This document shows, piece after piece, positions 17,515 through 26,220 of a DNA stretch of 64,000 bases. Numbering within the stretch: the stretch's first letter is position 1; every line of letters begins with the position of its first letter. The stretch covers positions 4,797 to 68,796 of the forward strand of contig JAJZWS010000011.1 of NCBI GenBank assembly GCA_021846565.1. Direction: 5' to 3'. Below the pieces are notes generated by a model that was not told where the DNA came from, did no database searches, and saw only the letters and a list, made by a program, of their open reading frames with translations. The DNA is from Bacillota bacterium. GTDB lineage: Bacteria > Bacillota > Sulfobacillia > Sulfobacillales > JAIMBI01. A program made the position numbers and the translations under genes.

Positions 17515-18190
17515 ACACCCATTCCCGACCCGGTCGATCCGGCGCATCACGCACGTCCTCCACAGTGAACCCCACTTGGGCGATGGACCGCTCCAGTTCC
17601 TCGCGGCTCCGAACCCTCAGCGTGGACTCCGCGGTGAGTGGCGTACCGTCGGCGTCCCGCACCACCACCGTCCGGAACGATACGCGGCCCGGGGCCACGG
17701 TCAGCAGCTCGTGCCAGGTAGCCAGGCGGCCCATGTTGGGAACTTCGCGGTGCGTCTTTAACCGCACACGCGTCCAATGGCGCCAGGCAGCCGCCGCCGG
17801 ATCGTCGCAAGCACCAGCCGCCCACCCCCGACCAGAAGGTCTCGGCATCCCGTCAGCACGGCCTCCCACTCACGGTCTTCTACAAATATTTGGGGCCACG
17901 TGGCCCGTCATCACGACCAGGTTTACGGGCGGCACCAGCCGACGCGCGGCCGCGACGTCGCCATGCACGCACCGCACCCACTCGGCCCCGGTCCGGCGCT
18001 GGGCCACCTCCAGCACGGCCTGGGCGGGGTCCACCCCAATCACGTCCACTCCGCGAGCCGCCAGCCGGCATGCCAGCACCCCGGTCCCACAGCCCACCTC
18101 CAGCACGCGGCCCGCGTGAAATTCATCCACCAAGGCTTCATAAGCGTCCAGATCCGCCCGATCCGCATCCAAAACAAGAGGGCCGCCCAC
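17441..18190 (-). pseudogene. Class I SAM-dependent methyltransferase with a compensated double frameshift and an in-frame TGA at 17870-17872
   Basis: ORFs 17870..18190 (VLEVGCGTGVLA SAM motif) and 17441..17869 share one frame, separated only by TGA. Between about 17896 and 17805 the family-like sequence QIFVEDREWEAVLTGCRDLLVGGGRLVLAT is readable only in the +1 frame. Confidence 0.7.
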
Positions 18191-18424
18191 TCAGGATCTT
18201 CGAATAACGCGTCCGTCCTGGCGCCCGCTTTGTTTTACTGCGGCCTCGACATCCGGACGGCCGTCGGGCCCGACTGGCCCTTCGCCAACCGCGGCCCGCA
18301 TCCTGCGGCAGGGCGACCACCTCGCGCGCTCGGGACGCGAACTTGATAGGATACGGCCAAAAGTCAGATGCGGCCGTGTTCGCTTGGGGCAAAGCCCACA
18401 CAAGCCGCGGCGGCCAAGCCAGGG

Positions 18425-18712
18425 CCGGGGCGGATGGTGGCTGATGCACGCGCGGACCGCCGGGCGTGGGGCTCGAGGAAGGGCGGCGCCGCATTGTGAG
18501 AACCCAGCACGCTGGTGATCGATGTGCAGGACCCCATCGACCTCGGGGCCTCGGGCCTCGTGTCCGGCGGCAGCAACATCACGCTGGGCATGCTGCCCAT
18601 CCGTGCCGACCATGACCGAGGCACTGCGGTCCTGAGAGCTGCGGGACATGGGTCGACCCATGCTCACGTGCGGTGTCGGCGGCCCGGCTGCCCTGGGGGC
18701 CTGAGGTGGCCG
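18425..18712 (+). pseudogene. Decayed paralogue of the rhodanese gene at 29233..29679
   Basis: Long near-identical run (acgctggtgatcgatgtgcaggaccccatcgacctcg .. atcacgctgggcatg.tgcccatccgtgccgaccatga) shared with 29381-29483. The downstream part has diverged and carries frame disruptions. Confidence 0.65.
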
Positions 18713-18721
18713 GGCACCCGG

Positions 18722-18960
18722 CGGGCGCTGGGCGACCACGAACTGGGCATCGAGGGTTCGCACGAGGCGTACCGGCAACCACCGAAGCGACTAGGGCGAG
18801 GGTGCGGGCAGGATTTGGGGCCACGATGCTGTCGCCGCTGGCCAACCGCCGCGAGGAGGCGGCGGCGGCCATGTGAGTGTCCGAGCGCTGGATCTCCCCC
18901 GGCACTCCTGCGCCGTCCGCCTGCCCATCACGCTGCCAGCCGGCGCGCGGCCGACTTTGC
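18722..18960 (+). pseudogene. Decayed paralogue of the C-terminal third of the LysR gene at 16612..17514
   Basis: Collinear similarity to 17225-17480, for example gaccacgaac.gggcatcgagg, accaccgaagcga, ggtgcgggc.ggatttggggccacg.tg.tgtcgcc and ctgcc.gccggcgcgcg. Contains deletions and stops. Confidence 0.55.
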
Positions 18961-19009
18961 CACGGCTTCGGTAGGGTCCGATCAGTCCCCGCGCTTGACG
19001 TGGCCGCCC

Positions 19010-19290
19010 CGAGAACCAAGCCGGCTGAGGGGGACAAGGGGGACATGCCTTCGCCCAAGGACCCTTCGTTTCCGTCGCGCGGCACGCAGCAGCTCGCGAT
19101 AGCGCCTCCACGGCGTGCCCGCCGCGCGATGCCCTCGGGCGCGACGTGCCGCCGAGCCCGATCCAGGTCATAACGGACCAGCAGAGGGACCCCACAGCGG
19201 CAGAGATCTTGAATCTGATTGGGGGGTCGTACGTTTCGCCGCACTGGGGACACTCCAGATGAGTCAGGAAGCTTCTCGACAGCCTTGGCA
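19010..19290 (-). pseudogene. Frameshifted N-terminal fragment of a ThrC/TrpB-like PLP enzyme
   Basis: Spread over two or three frames: SFLTHLECPQCGETYDP, then PNQIQDLCRCGVPLLVRYDLDRARRHVAPEGIARR, then HRELL.. and SLGEGMSPL. This is the zinc-ribbon N-terminus plus the LGEG.TPL motif of threonine-synthase-like proteins. The fragment is truncated against the LysR remnant. Confidence 0.45.
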
Positions 19291-19407
19291 CGTCTCCCTT
19301 CGCATGCGGGGGCATGCCCTGGTGACGGCACCGGGCTGACCCAACGGGCCTCGAGCCGGGAGGTCCCCGACCGCTCGCATCCACAGTCCCACAGCCGCCC
19401 TGGCATT

Positions 19408-21111
19408 CTACCCGCTGATGGTCCAGTGGTTGGGCTGGTTGTAATAGGTCACCGAGTTGAACCACCGATTGACTCCATGGACACTGGGCGCATGGACCGT
19501 CAGCAGGGCGTAGTGCGGCATCCACAGCTCGGGCAGTTGGGTGATGGCATACTGCTGGTAGGCCTGCATGCGGCTGGCCACTTGCGCAGACGTGCCCGGA
19601 AGGTACGTGTTGGTGATCAGGTGGTCCATCGTCTTGTTGCAGTATCCCGTGCCGTTGCTCGCGGCGTTGCAGGCGAAAAGCTCGCCCCCGGTTGGGTAGT
19701 AATCCGGCTCGTAGGTCCAGCCATTGCCCGCCCAGGACGCGGCCCAAGTGCTTTGGCCCGGACTCAACCCGTAGATGGAGTTCTTTTGCATCAACCGCAG
19801 CGTCACGCGAACGCCTTCCTGCGCCCAGTACCCTTGGATGAGCTGGACGATGCGGGCGTCCGTCTGGGACCCTGCGGGATAAATCAACTGAAAACTGAGG
19901 CTGGTCCCGTTGCGCGTCATCACGCCATTGTGCATCGTCCACCCGTGACGCTCAAGCAGGGCTCGGCCGGCCGCCGGATTGAAGCTGTACGGCTGGGGGA
20001 GATTGCGGTAATAAAACACGGTGCCGGGCTCGGAGGGCACGGGACCGTAATCCGGGACCGCGAACCCATCATACATGCGCTGCGCGATGGCCGTCTGGTT
20101 GATGCCCATTTCCAGCGCCTGACGGATGTAGAGGTTTGTGAACAAGTTGCCGACGTTGGGCGCTGCAGACGTCTCGTTGAGCGCGATGCCGGTGAAGCCC
20201 AGCACCCACACATGGGACACCACATCCGGCTTGAGTTGGGTCCGCGATCCGTACAGGCTGAACGGCAAGTACGCCACATTGACGGTGTTGCGTTTCAGAG
20301 CCGCGAAGATCGATGCCCCGGATCCTTCGTACTGGTACACGAGAGATGCAATCGACGCGTGATGTCCACTGTAATGTGTGTTCGGCCTAAAAGCCCAGTA
20401 CTGGGAATTTTTTGCCGCCGTCAAGGTCCAGGGTCCATCCACGACCTTGTAGGGAGCAGCCAAGGGCGAGTTGGCGACTTGCTCAATGTATTTCAACTCC
20501 TGGGTCATATTATGGGGATACTTGTCCCACACGGACATGGGAACCGGCCAAATCTGACTGAGCGCATTGTGCACGAACCAGAGGGGGTTGGCCGACTGCG
20601 CCAAGGTGACCGTCACCTCTCCCGGGTTGGTGGCAATCACGCTTTTCCAGTCGGCAGGGATGCCGCCGCTGCCCGTGCCCCCATAGGTCCACGGCGCGTT
20701 TTTCGCGGTGGACCCTTTGATGATGTCCCACGCAAACACGACGTCCCGAGCGGTCACGGGCCGTCCGTTGGACCAGCGCAGTCCGTGGCGGAGGAACACA
20801 TGGTACACAGTGCCGGTCGCGTTCCAGGTCACGCGCTGCGCCACGGCCCCCTGAGGCGTGACGACGTCTTGCGGGGTGACATTGATGAGGGGCAAGTACA
20901 TCAGGTCGCTGATTTGCCCGTTCAAGTTGGTGTAGGCGGTGGCAGATTCGATTGGAAACCACCAATCGGGTTCGGTCTGGGGCTGCAGCGCGACCACCAC
21001 TTTGCCGGCCGCGGCGGCCGATGGACTGGCCGGTCCACCGCAGGCCGACAAAGCGGCTCCGGCGAACACGATCGCACCAATCCACGCTCCGATGCGTGAG
21101 TGCCTCGACAT
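19408..21111 (-). CDS. ABC transporter substrate-binding lipoprotein, peptide/nickel (family 5) type
   Basis: 567 aa. Lipobox AGAALSACGG after a signal peptide and SBP_bac_5-like body. No permease or ATPase genes adjacent. Confidence 0.85.
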   Translation of the reverse strand: MSRHSRIGAWIGAIVFAGAALSACGGPASPSAAAAGKVVVALQPQTEPDWWFPIESATAYTNLNGQISDLMYLPLINVTPQDVVTPQGAVAQRVTWNATGTVYHVFLRHGLRWSNGRPVTARDVVFAWDIIKGSTAKNAPWTYGGTGSGGIPADWKSVIATNPGEVTVTLAQSANPLWFVHNALSQIWPVPMSVWDKYPHNMTQELKYIEQVANSPLAAPYKVVDGPWTLTAAKNSQYWAFRPNTHYSGHHASIASLVYQYEGSGASIFAALKRNTVNVAYLPFSLYGSRTQLKPDVVSHVWVLGFTGIALNETSAAPNVGNLFTNLYIRQALEMGINQTAIAQRMYDGFAVPDYGPVPSEPGTVFYYRNLPQPYSFNPAAGRALLERHGWTMHNGVMTRNGTSLSFQLIYPAGSQTDARIVQLIQGYWAQEGVRVTLRLMQKNSIYGLSPGQSTWAASWAGNGWTYEPDYYPTGGELFACNAASNGTGYCNKTMDHLITNTYLPGTSAQVASRMQAYQQYAITQLPELWMPHYALLTVHAPSVHGVNRWFNSVTYYNQPNHWTISG

Positions 21112-21196
21112 AGGAATCCCTCCTCCACTCGTTCACTGCGCCCTAAAAGCCTGCGCGCCTTGTGGTCCCGGGAGGTCCGCCACGCGGGACTCCCAT

Positions 21197-22267
21197 TCAT
21201 CCCCGCACCCACTCTGGGGCCCATGCCAGGTCCGGATGGCGGTCTGAAAACGCCACAAGCCGACGGCCCTGCGGGCCTTCTCGGGTTTGGGCCGCCAGCA
21301 GCGCATTCCACACCGCTTCCTCGGTCGCATCCACCGTGGCGCCGTACAGCAAATCCATCACCGGCGCGCGACCCAGCGGGCGGTCCGCGACGAATCCGGC
21401 CGGCGCTGGCGCGCAACCTGAGTCGTCAAGTGAATGGGTCGAGACGGCGAGCGCGAGCTCCCCACTGCCGGACCGACCGATGGAGCCTGTGCGCGCCAGT
21501 CCGAAGCCAACCCGGGCCGCCACCCGCTGCAGCTGATGGGGATGCAGCGGCGCGTCCGTGACCACCACGCCGATACAGGATCCCGGGCGAGGGTCGGCGT
21601 CGGGACCCGGCGGCGCGGATAGGCCCCAAGGCAACCGCAGGTCTTCGGGCCGGCCAAAGTTCGTGAGCAAAAGCACGCCGACTATGCACGTGCCGGCATC
21701 CCAGCTCACAAGGCGGGAAGCGGTTCCAATACCTCCCTTGTAGCCAAAGAGATGCATCCCCGCCCCGGCACCGACCCCGCCTTCGTCAACGGGGCCTGAC
21801 CCCAGGGCTTGGAAGGCCGCCTCCACCGTTTCCGGCCCGCAGACCAGGTCGGGGCTGCTCAGATAGCCGTCGTCGCACTCGCCGACCACAGGCAGCGGAA
21901 GGTCGTTCGCCACCGCCTCTCGATCTTCCGCGAGGGAACGAGCCACCACCGCGTCGTACACGGCCCCAACGCTCCGGGTGCCCGTCAGCACGATGGGCCC
22001 CGTGATCATGCCCTGGGAGTCGACAGCGTCCCGCCCGGTCATCAGGCCGAACCCATTGACGACGGCGCTGCCAGCGAAGTATCGGCACCGCCAGCGGTCC
22101 CGCCCCGGCAGATCGAGGACGGTCACGCCGGTGTGCGCCTCGCCTTCCGACGCAACCAGCCCGGCGTGCCCGACACGCACGCCCGGCACATCCGTGACAG
22201 CGTTGTGGGCCCCGCTCGGGTGTATGGTCCTCATCCAGCCTCGCTCTCGTGCCCGCCTGCTCACCAT
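21197..22267 (-). CDS. DmpA/P1-family (S58) aminopeptidase
   Basis: 356 aa. NAVTDVPGVRVGHA, GVTVL and GGIGTAS patterns typical of L-aminopeptidase/D-esterase and beta-aminopeptidase relatives. Confidence 0.78.
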   Translation of the reverse strand: MVSRRARERGWMRTIHPSGAHNAVTDVPGVRVGHAGLVASEGEAHTGVTVLDLPGRDRWRCRYFAGSAVVNGFGLMTGRDAVDSQGMITGPIVLTGTRSVGAVYDAVVARSLAEDREAVANDLPLPVVGECDDGYLSSPDLVCGPETVEAAFQALGSGPVDEGGVGAGAGMHLFGYKGGIGTASRLVSWDAGTCIVGVLLLTNFGRPEDLRLPWGLSAPPGPDADPRPGSCIGVVVTDAPLHPHQLQRVAARVGFGLARTGSIGRSGSGELALAVSTHSLDDSGCAPAPAGFVADRPLGRAPVMDLLYGATVDATEEAVWNALLAAQTREGPQGRRLVAFSDRHPDLAWAPEWVRG

Positions 22268-22304
22268 CTGCCTCCTTGGCCCAAATACGATAACGCTCTG
22301 CGTT

Positions 22305-22317
22305 ACGATTATATCGT
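22305..22317. promoter_or_regulatory. ACGAT-TAT-ATCGT palindrome in an AT-rich divergent promoter region; candidate IclR operator overlapping a minus-strand TATAAT
   Basis: acgattatatcgt. The reverse strand reads gaTATAATcg. TACGAT recurs 18 nt away (22286-22291). The surrounding 22280-22400 is markedly AT-rich compared with the rest of the window. Confidence 0.4.
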
Positions 22318-22438
22318 TTTATAACTAATCAACGGGTTTCGACGCGGCCTCCGGCATTCCTGCCGGGTTGAGAAAAAATTTTGCAAACTCGATGTATCGG
22401 CCGTGAAACAGGCGTCATGCCTTAGGCGCACATTCAGA

Positions 22439-22457
22439 CGCCCAACACTTGACGGGT
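22439..22457 (+). promoter_or_regulatory. Copy 1 of an exact 19-mer, CGCCCAACACTTGACGGGT, containing a TTGACG -35-like hexamer
   Basis: Identical 19-mer at 54171..54189. Here TTGACG, a 17-nt spacer and CACAAT sit 87 nt before the aminotransferase ATG. Confidence 0.45.
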
Positions 22458-22525
22458 CCGGACGTACCCATCACAATAATCATGGGTGTTGCAGTGCGAT
22501 ACAATGTGCGATGGAGGGATGCGTC

Positions 22526-23788
22526 ATGACCTTGGCCGAACGTTATGGACGAAGCTTGGCAGCCGTCGTGCCCATGGAGTCCCCGATCAACATCGAGCGG
22601 GGCGAAGGGGCTTACCTCGTGGACCGGGACGGCCGTCGCTATTTGGACCTGGTCATGGGCATTGCGGTCAATGCGGTGGGCCATGCCCACCCGGCCGTGG
22701 TGCGCGCGGTTGCCGAGCAGGCCGGGCGGCACCTGCACGTATACAGCGGGACGGGGTATCAGGAGGCGGTCGTCGCGTATGCCGAGGCGCTCCTCGCCGA
22801 CATTGGGCCGAACTATCGGGTGTTCTTTGGCAACTCGGGAGCCGAAGCGGTGGAAGCCGCCATCAAGCTGGCGCGAGCCGCGACGGGGCGCCAGGCCGTC
22901 GTGGCATTCCGCGGCGGTTTCCACGGACGAACCATGGGGGCCTTGAGCTTAACCGCCTCCGCCGCCCGCTATCGGTCCACCTATGAGCCGCTCGTCCCCG
23001 GCGTTTACCACGTGGATTTTCCGGCCCCGACGCGTTTGGGGTTGCCACCGGAAGCCGCCTTTCAGCATACGGTCCAACAGTTCGAGCAGCTCTTGGCCTG
23101 TGAGGTGGAACCCGACCACATCGCCGCGGTGGTCGTGGAGGCCATCCAGGGCGAAGGCGGCTATGTGATTCCTCCGAGCATGTTTCTTCCCTGGCTGCGA
23201 CAAGTCACGGCACGGCACGGCATCTTGCTGGCGGTGGACGAAGTGCAAGCGGGTATGGGCCGCACGGGCCGGATGTGGGCGTACCAGCATGACCGCATTG
23301 AACCCGACCTCATCATAATGGGCAAGGCCTTAGGGGGAGGGCTGCCTCTGTCCGCCATGGCGGGCCGGGACGACTTGATGGACCGCTGGCCCGCAGGCCT
23401 GCATGGCAGCACGTTTGGCGGCAATCCGGTGGCTGCCGCTGCGGGATTGGCGACCTTGCAGATCATTCGACGCGAAGGGTTGGTCGAGCGCGCGGCCACG
23501 CTCGGCCGCCGCGCGCTGGAGGCGCTCGAACCCCTCCGGGCGCGATCCGATGTCAGCGATGTACGCGGCCGCGGCTTGATGGTGGCCGTGGAGTTCCAAG
23601 GGGTCGACGCGCCCACCCACGTGGAGCGGTTGGTAGAGGCCAGCCTGCGCGCGGGCATGTACATTCATCCGGCCGGCATCCACCACCAGGTCATCCGGCT
23701 CATGCCGCCCCTCAATATCGAGGAGGCGGTGTGGCGGGAAGCCCTGGGGACGTTGCGTAGGCTCGTAGAGGAAACAGCCGGGAGGTGA
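22526..23788 (+). CDS. Class-III PLP aminotransferase (GABA/ornithine/acetylornithine aminotransferase-like)
   Basis: GGAGGG RBS 7 nt before ATG 22526. Motifs GIAVNAVGHAHP, FFGNSGAEAVEAAIKLAR, DEVQAGMGRTG and GSTFGGNP. Confidence 0.9.
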   Translation: MTLAERYGRSLAAVVPMESPINIERGEGAYLVDRDGRRYLDLVMGIAVNAVGHAHPAVVRAVAEQAGRHLHVYSGTGYQEAVVAYAEALLADIGPNYRVFFGNSGAEAVEAAIKLARAATGRQAVVAFRGGFHGRTMGALSLTASAARYRSTYEPLVPGVYHVDFPAPTRLGLPPEAAFQHTVQQFEQLLACEVEPDHIAAVVVEAIQGEGGYVIPPSMFLPWLRQVTARHGILLAVDEVQAGMGRTGRMWAYQHDRIEPDLIIMGKALGGGLPLSAMAGRDDLMDRWPAGLHGSTFGGNPVAAAAGLATLQIIRREGLVERAATLGRRALEALEPLRARSDVSDVRGRGLMVAVEFQGVDAPTHVERLVEASLRAGMYIHPAGIHHQVIRLMPPLNIEEAVWREALGTLRRLVEETAGR

Positions 23789-24600
23789 GCCGCTTGCCCC
23801 GTCCGACAGCGGAGGACCGGGATGTTCCGCGCTTCTTTATTCAGGCCGTGGCACGGGGTCTGGCCATGTTAGAGGTGTTTGACGCGGAACATCCAGACTT
23901 GTCGCTCACGGAGTTGTCGCGGGCCCTGGGAACCAACAAGCCCACCGCGCGTCGGTTCGTCCAAACCCTGCTGCAGCTGGGCTACCTGGAGGCGCTGCCC
24001 GGCAAGCGCTACCGGTTGGGCACGCGCACCCTCGAACTGGGTCGCCGCTACCTGGCCAGCGTCTCCCTAACCGACCGCGCGCGCCCGTTCTTGGAGGCTT
24101 TGGCCGCAGCGACCGGGGAGACAACCAACTTGGCCGTGCGAGAAGGGCGCGACGTCGTGTATGTGGTGCGCGTCGAAGCGGCCCCCCGCATTCTCAGCGT
24201 CAACCTGCGGGTGGGATCGCGCCTGCCACTGCACGCCACATCGCTCGGAAAAGCTCTGGTGTCGGAGATGGCCGATGAGAAGCTGCTGGACATCATGGGG
24301 CAGCCGCCGTGGCCCGCCTTGACACCGTATACGGTGCGCAGCCCCCAGGCTCTGCGCCCGCATTTGCAGCACGTGACGGACCACGGCTACGCCGTCTCAG
24401 ACCAAGAACTGGAATTGGGCCTGCGGTCCATTGCGGCGCCGGTTTACGATGCCGAGCGCCGCTTGGTGGCGGCCATCAACGTGTCAACCCCGGTCGCTCA
24501 GGTTTCGAGGGAGCAGCTGACGGGCCCGTTCGCCGTGGCGTTGGTCCGGACGGCTCAACAGCTGTCCGTTGCGCTCGGATGTCCGGAGGTCACCGCGTAA
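23785..24600 (+). CDS. IclR-family transcriptional regulator
   Basis: 271 aa. wHTH LSLTELSRALGTNKPTARRFVQTLLQLGYL plus an IclR effector domain. Overlaps the upstream stop by 4 nt. Confidence 0.9.
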   Translation: MSRLPRPTAEDRDVPRFFIQAVARGLAMLEVFDAEHPDLSLTELSRALGTNKPTARRFVQTLLQLGYLEALPGKRYRLGTRTLELGRRYLASVSLTDRARPFLEALAAATGETTNLAVREGRDVVYVVRVEAAPRILSVNLRVGSRLPLHATSLGKALVSEMADEKLLDIMGQPPWPALTPYTVRSPQALRPHLQHVTDHGYAVSDQELELGLRSIAAPVYDAERRLVAAINVSTPVAQVSREQLTGPFAVALVRTAQQLSVALGCPEVTA

Positions 24601-24625
24601 TCGCAGAGCAAGCGGAGGTGCAGCC

Positions 24626-26215
24626 ATGGGTCTTCCCCCTTTTGCCAACGAACCGCTGTTGAACTTTTCCGACCCGGACGAGCTGGAGTACATGAGAGAG
24701 GCTCACCAGCGCGTGCTGGCGAATTTAGGGATGGAGTGTCCCGTGAGGATCGGCGATCGCGACGTCTACGGTCCCCATCGTGCGGTGGTGCACTGCCCGG
24801 ATGCGGTGGGCCTCGCCCTGGGGTCGGTCGTCATGGGTGGGGCCGCCGATGCTGCCGAAGCCGTGCGGGTGGCTCATGGGGCTTTTGAGTCATGGTCCCG
24901 CACCAGCGTGGAGGAGCGGGCCGCACTGCTGTTGCGGGCCGGGAACATCCTTCGTCACCGCCGCCGACACATCCTCACATGGATGGCGCTGGAGGTCGGC
25001 AAGAACTTTGACCAGGCCGATGGCGAGGTGGCTGAAGCCATTGATCACTTTGAGTGGAACGCACGGCAACTGTTCGCGTGGGCTCAGGGTCGCCCGCTTG
25101 CGCCACATGCTCAGGAGATCAACGAGTATCGGTATCGCCCCCTGGGTGTCGGCGCGGTCATTGCCCCATGGAATTTTCCTGCGACGCTGCCCCTGGGCAT
25201 GGTGGTGGCCGCCATTGCCGCCGGCAACACAGTTGTCCTCAAGCCGTCCGAGCACGCTTCGCTGACGGCGCATCATCTGGTTCAGATTCTGAGGGACGCC
25301 GGCATCCCGCCGGGTGTGGTCAATCTCGTGCCGGGAACGGGGGCCCTCGTGGGCGACGCACTCGTCTCGGACCCGCGCGTGCGGTTTGTCGCCTTCGTCG
25401 GCTCGCGGGATGTCGGGATCCGCATCGCCGAACGCGCCTCAACCGTAGCTGGCGGCCAGCATCACCTGAAGCGCGTCATGACCGAAATGGGCGGGAAAAA
25501 CGCCACGATTGTCACGGACTCCGCGGACTTTGAGTGGGCGGTGGCGGAAGTCACCCGGTCGGCCCTGGGGTTCCAGGGCCAAAAGTGTTCGGCCACCTCC
25601 CGGGTGATTTGCCTCCCGGGGATTCATGATCGTTTTGTGGAGGCCCTGCAGGCGCACATGGAGGCCACCGCGTCCAAAAGGGGGCGTGCCGTGGACAATG
25701 CGCCGTATGGGGCGTTGGTGAGTGCTCAGGCGCGCAACAAGGTCGAGAGCTACGTGGCCACGGCGTCGACGCACGGACGAGTGCTGCTCGAGGGCCAGCG
25801 TGACCCGACGTTGGGATACTGTGTCACGCCGACGCTGGTGGATCGGGTCGACCCGCAGTCCCCCCTGGCCCAAGAGGAGATTTTTGGTCCGGTGGTAGCC
25901 GTGCTGGAAGCGAACACCCTCCCCGACGCCGTGGCGGTGGCCAACAATGTTCCGTATGCGTTGACGGGCGCCGCGTTCACGCACGATCCGCACGAGCTGG
26001 ACTTCATCCGGGAGCATTTCTACGTTGGCAACCTCTATCTGAACCGGAGTTCCACCGGGGCGATGGCCGGTGTGCACCCGTTCGGGGGCTACAAGCTGTC
26101 CGGTACCGGTCCCAAGGTTGGGGGCCCGGACTACTTGGGGTTCTTTCTTGAGGCTCAAGTCATCACACAGGCGGTACGCTATCCAGACCCTCGACCCGCA
26201 GGCCCAGTCCATTAA
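24626..26215 (+). CDS. Aldehyde dehydrogenase, L-glutamate gamma-semialdehyde (P5C) dehydrogenase-like
   Basis: N-terminus FANEPLLNFSDPDE, typical of PruA/RocA-type enzymes. ALDH motifs VAFVGSRDVG, EMGGKNA and FQGQKCSATSR. Confidence 0.86.
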   Translation: MGLPPFANEPLLNFSDPDELEYMREAHQRVLANLGMECPVRIGDRDVYGPHRAVVHCPDAVGLALGSVVMGGAADAAEAVRVAHGAFESWSRTSVEERAALLLRAGNILRHRRRHILTWMALEVGKNFDQADGEVAEAIDHFEWNARQLFAWAQGRPLAPHAQEINEYRYRPLGVGAVIAPWNFPATLPLGMVVAAIAAGNTVVLKPSEHASLTAHHLVQILRDAGIPPGVVNLVPGTGALVGDALVSDPRVRFVAFVGSRDVGIRIAERASTVAGGQHHLKRVMTEMGGKNATIVTDSADFEWAVAEVTRSALGFQGQKCSATSRVICLPGIHDRFVEALQAHMEATASKRGRAVDNAPYGALVSAQARNKVESYVATASTHGRVLLEGQRDPTLGYCVTPTLVDRVDPQSPLAQEEIFGPVVAVLEANTLPDAVAVANNVPYALTGAAFTHDPHELDFIREHFYVGNLYLNRSSTGAMAGVHPFGGYKLSGTGPKVGGPDYLGFFLEAQVITQAVRYPDPRPAGPVH

Positions 26216-26220
26216 GAAAG

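Noticed and set aside
17870-17872. In-frame TGA in the methyltransferase as selenocysteine
   Set aside because: The flanking 30 codons match the family only in the +1 frame, so the stop is a by-product of a frameshifted segment. I saw no SECIS-like hairpin directly downstream.
19219-21099. 626-aa plus-strand ORF opposite the substrate-binding protein gene
   Set aside because: Shadow ORF. The minus-strand product has a lipoprotein signal and a solute-binding-protein body.
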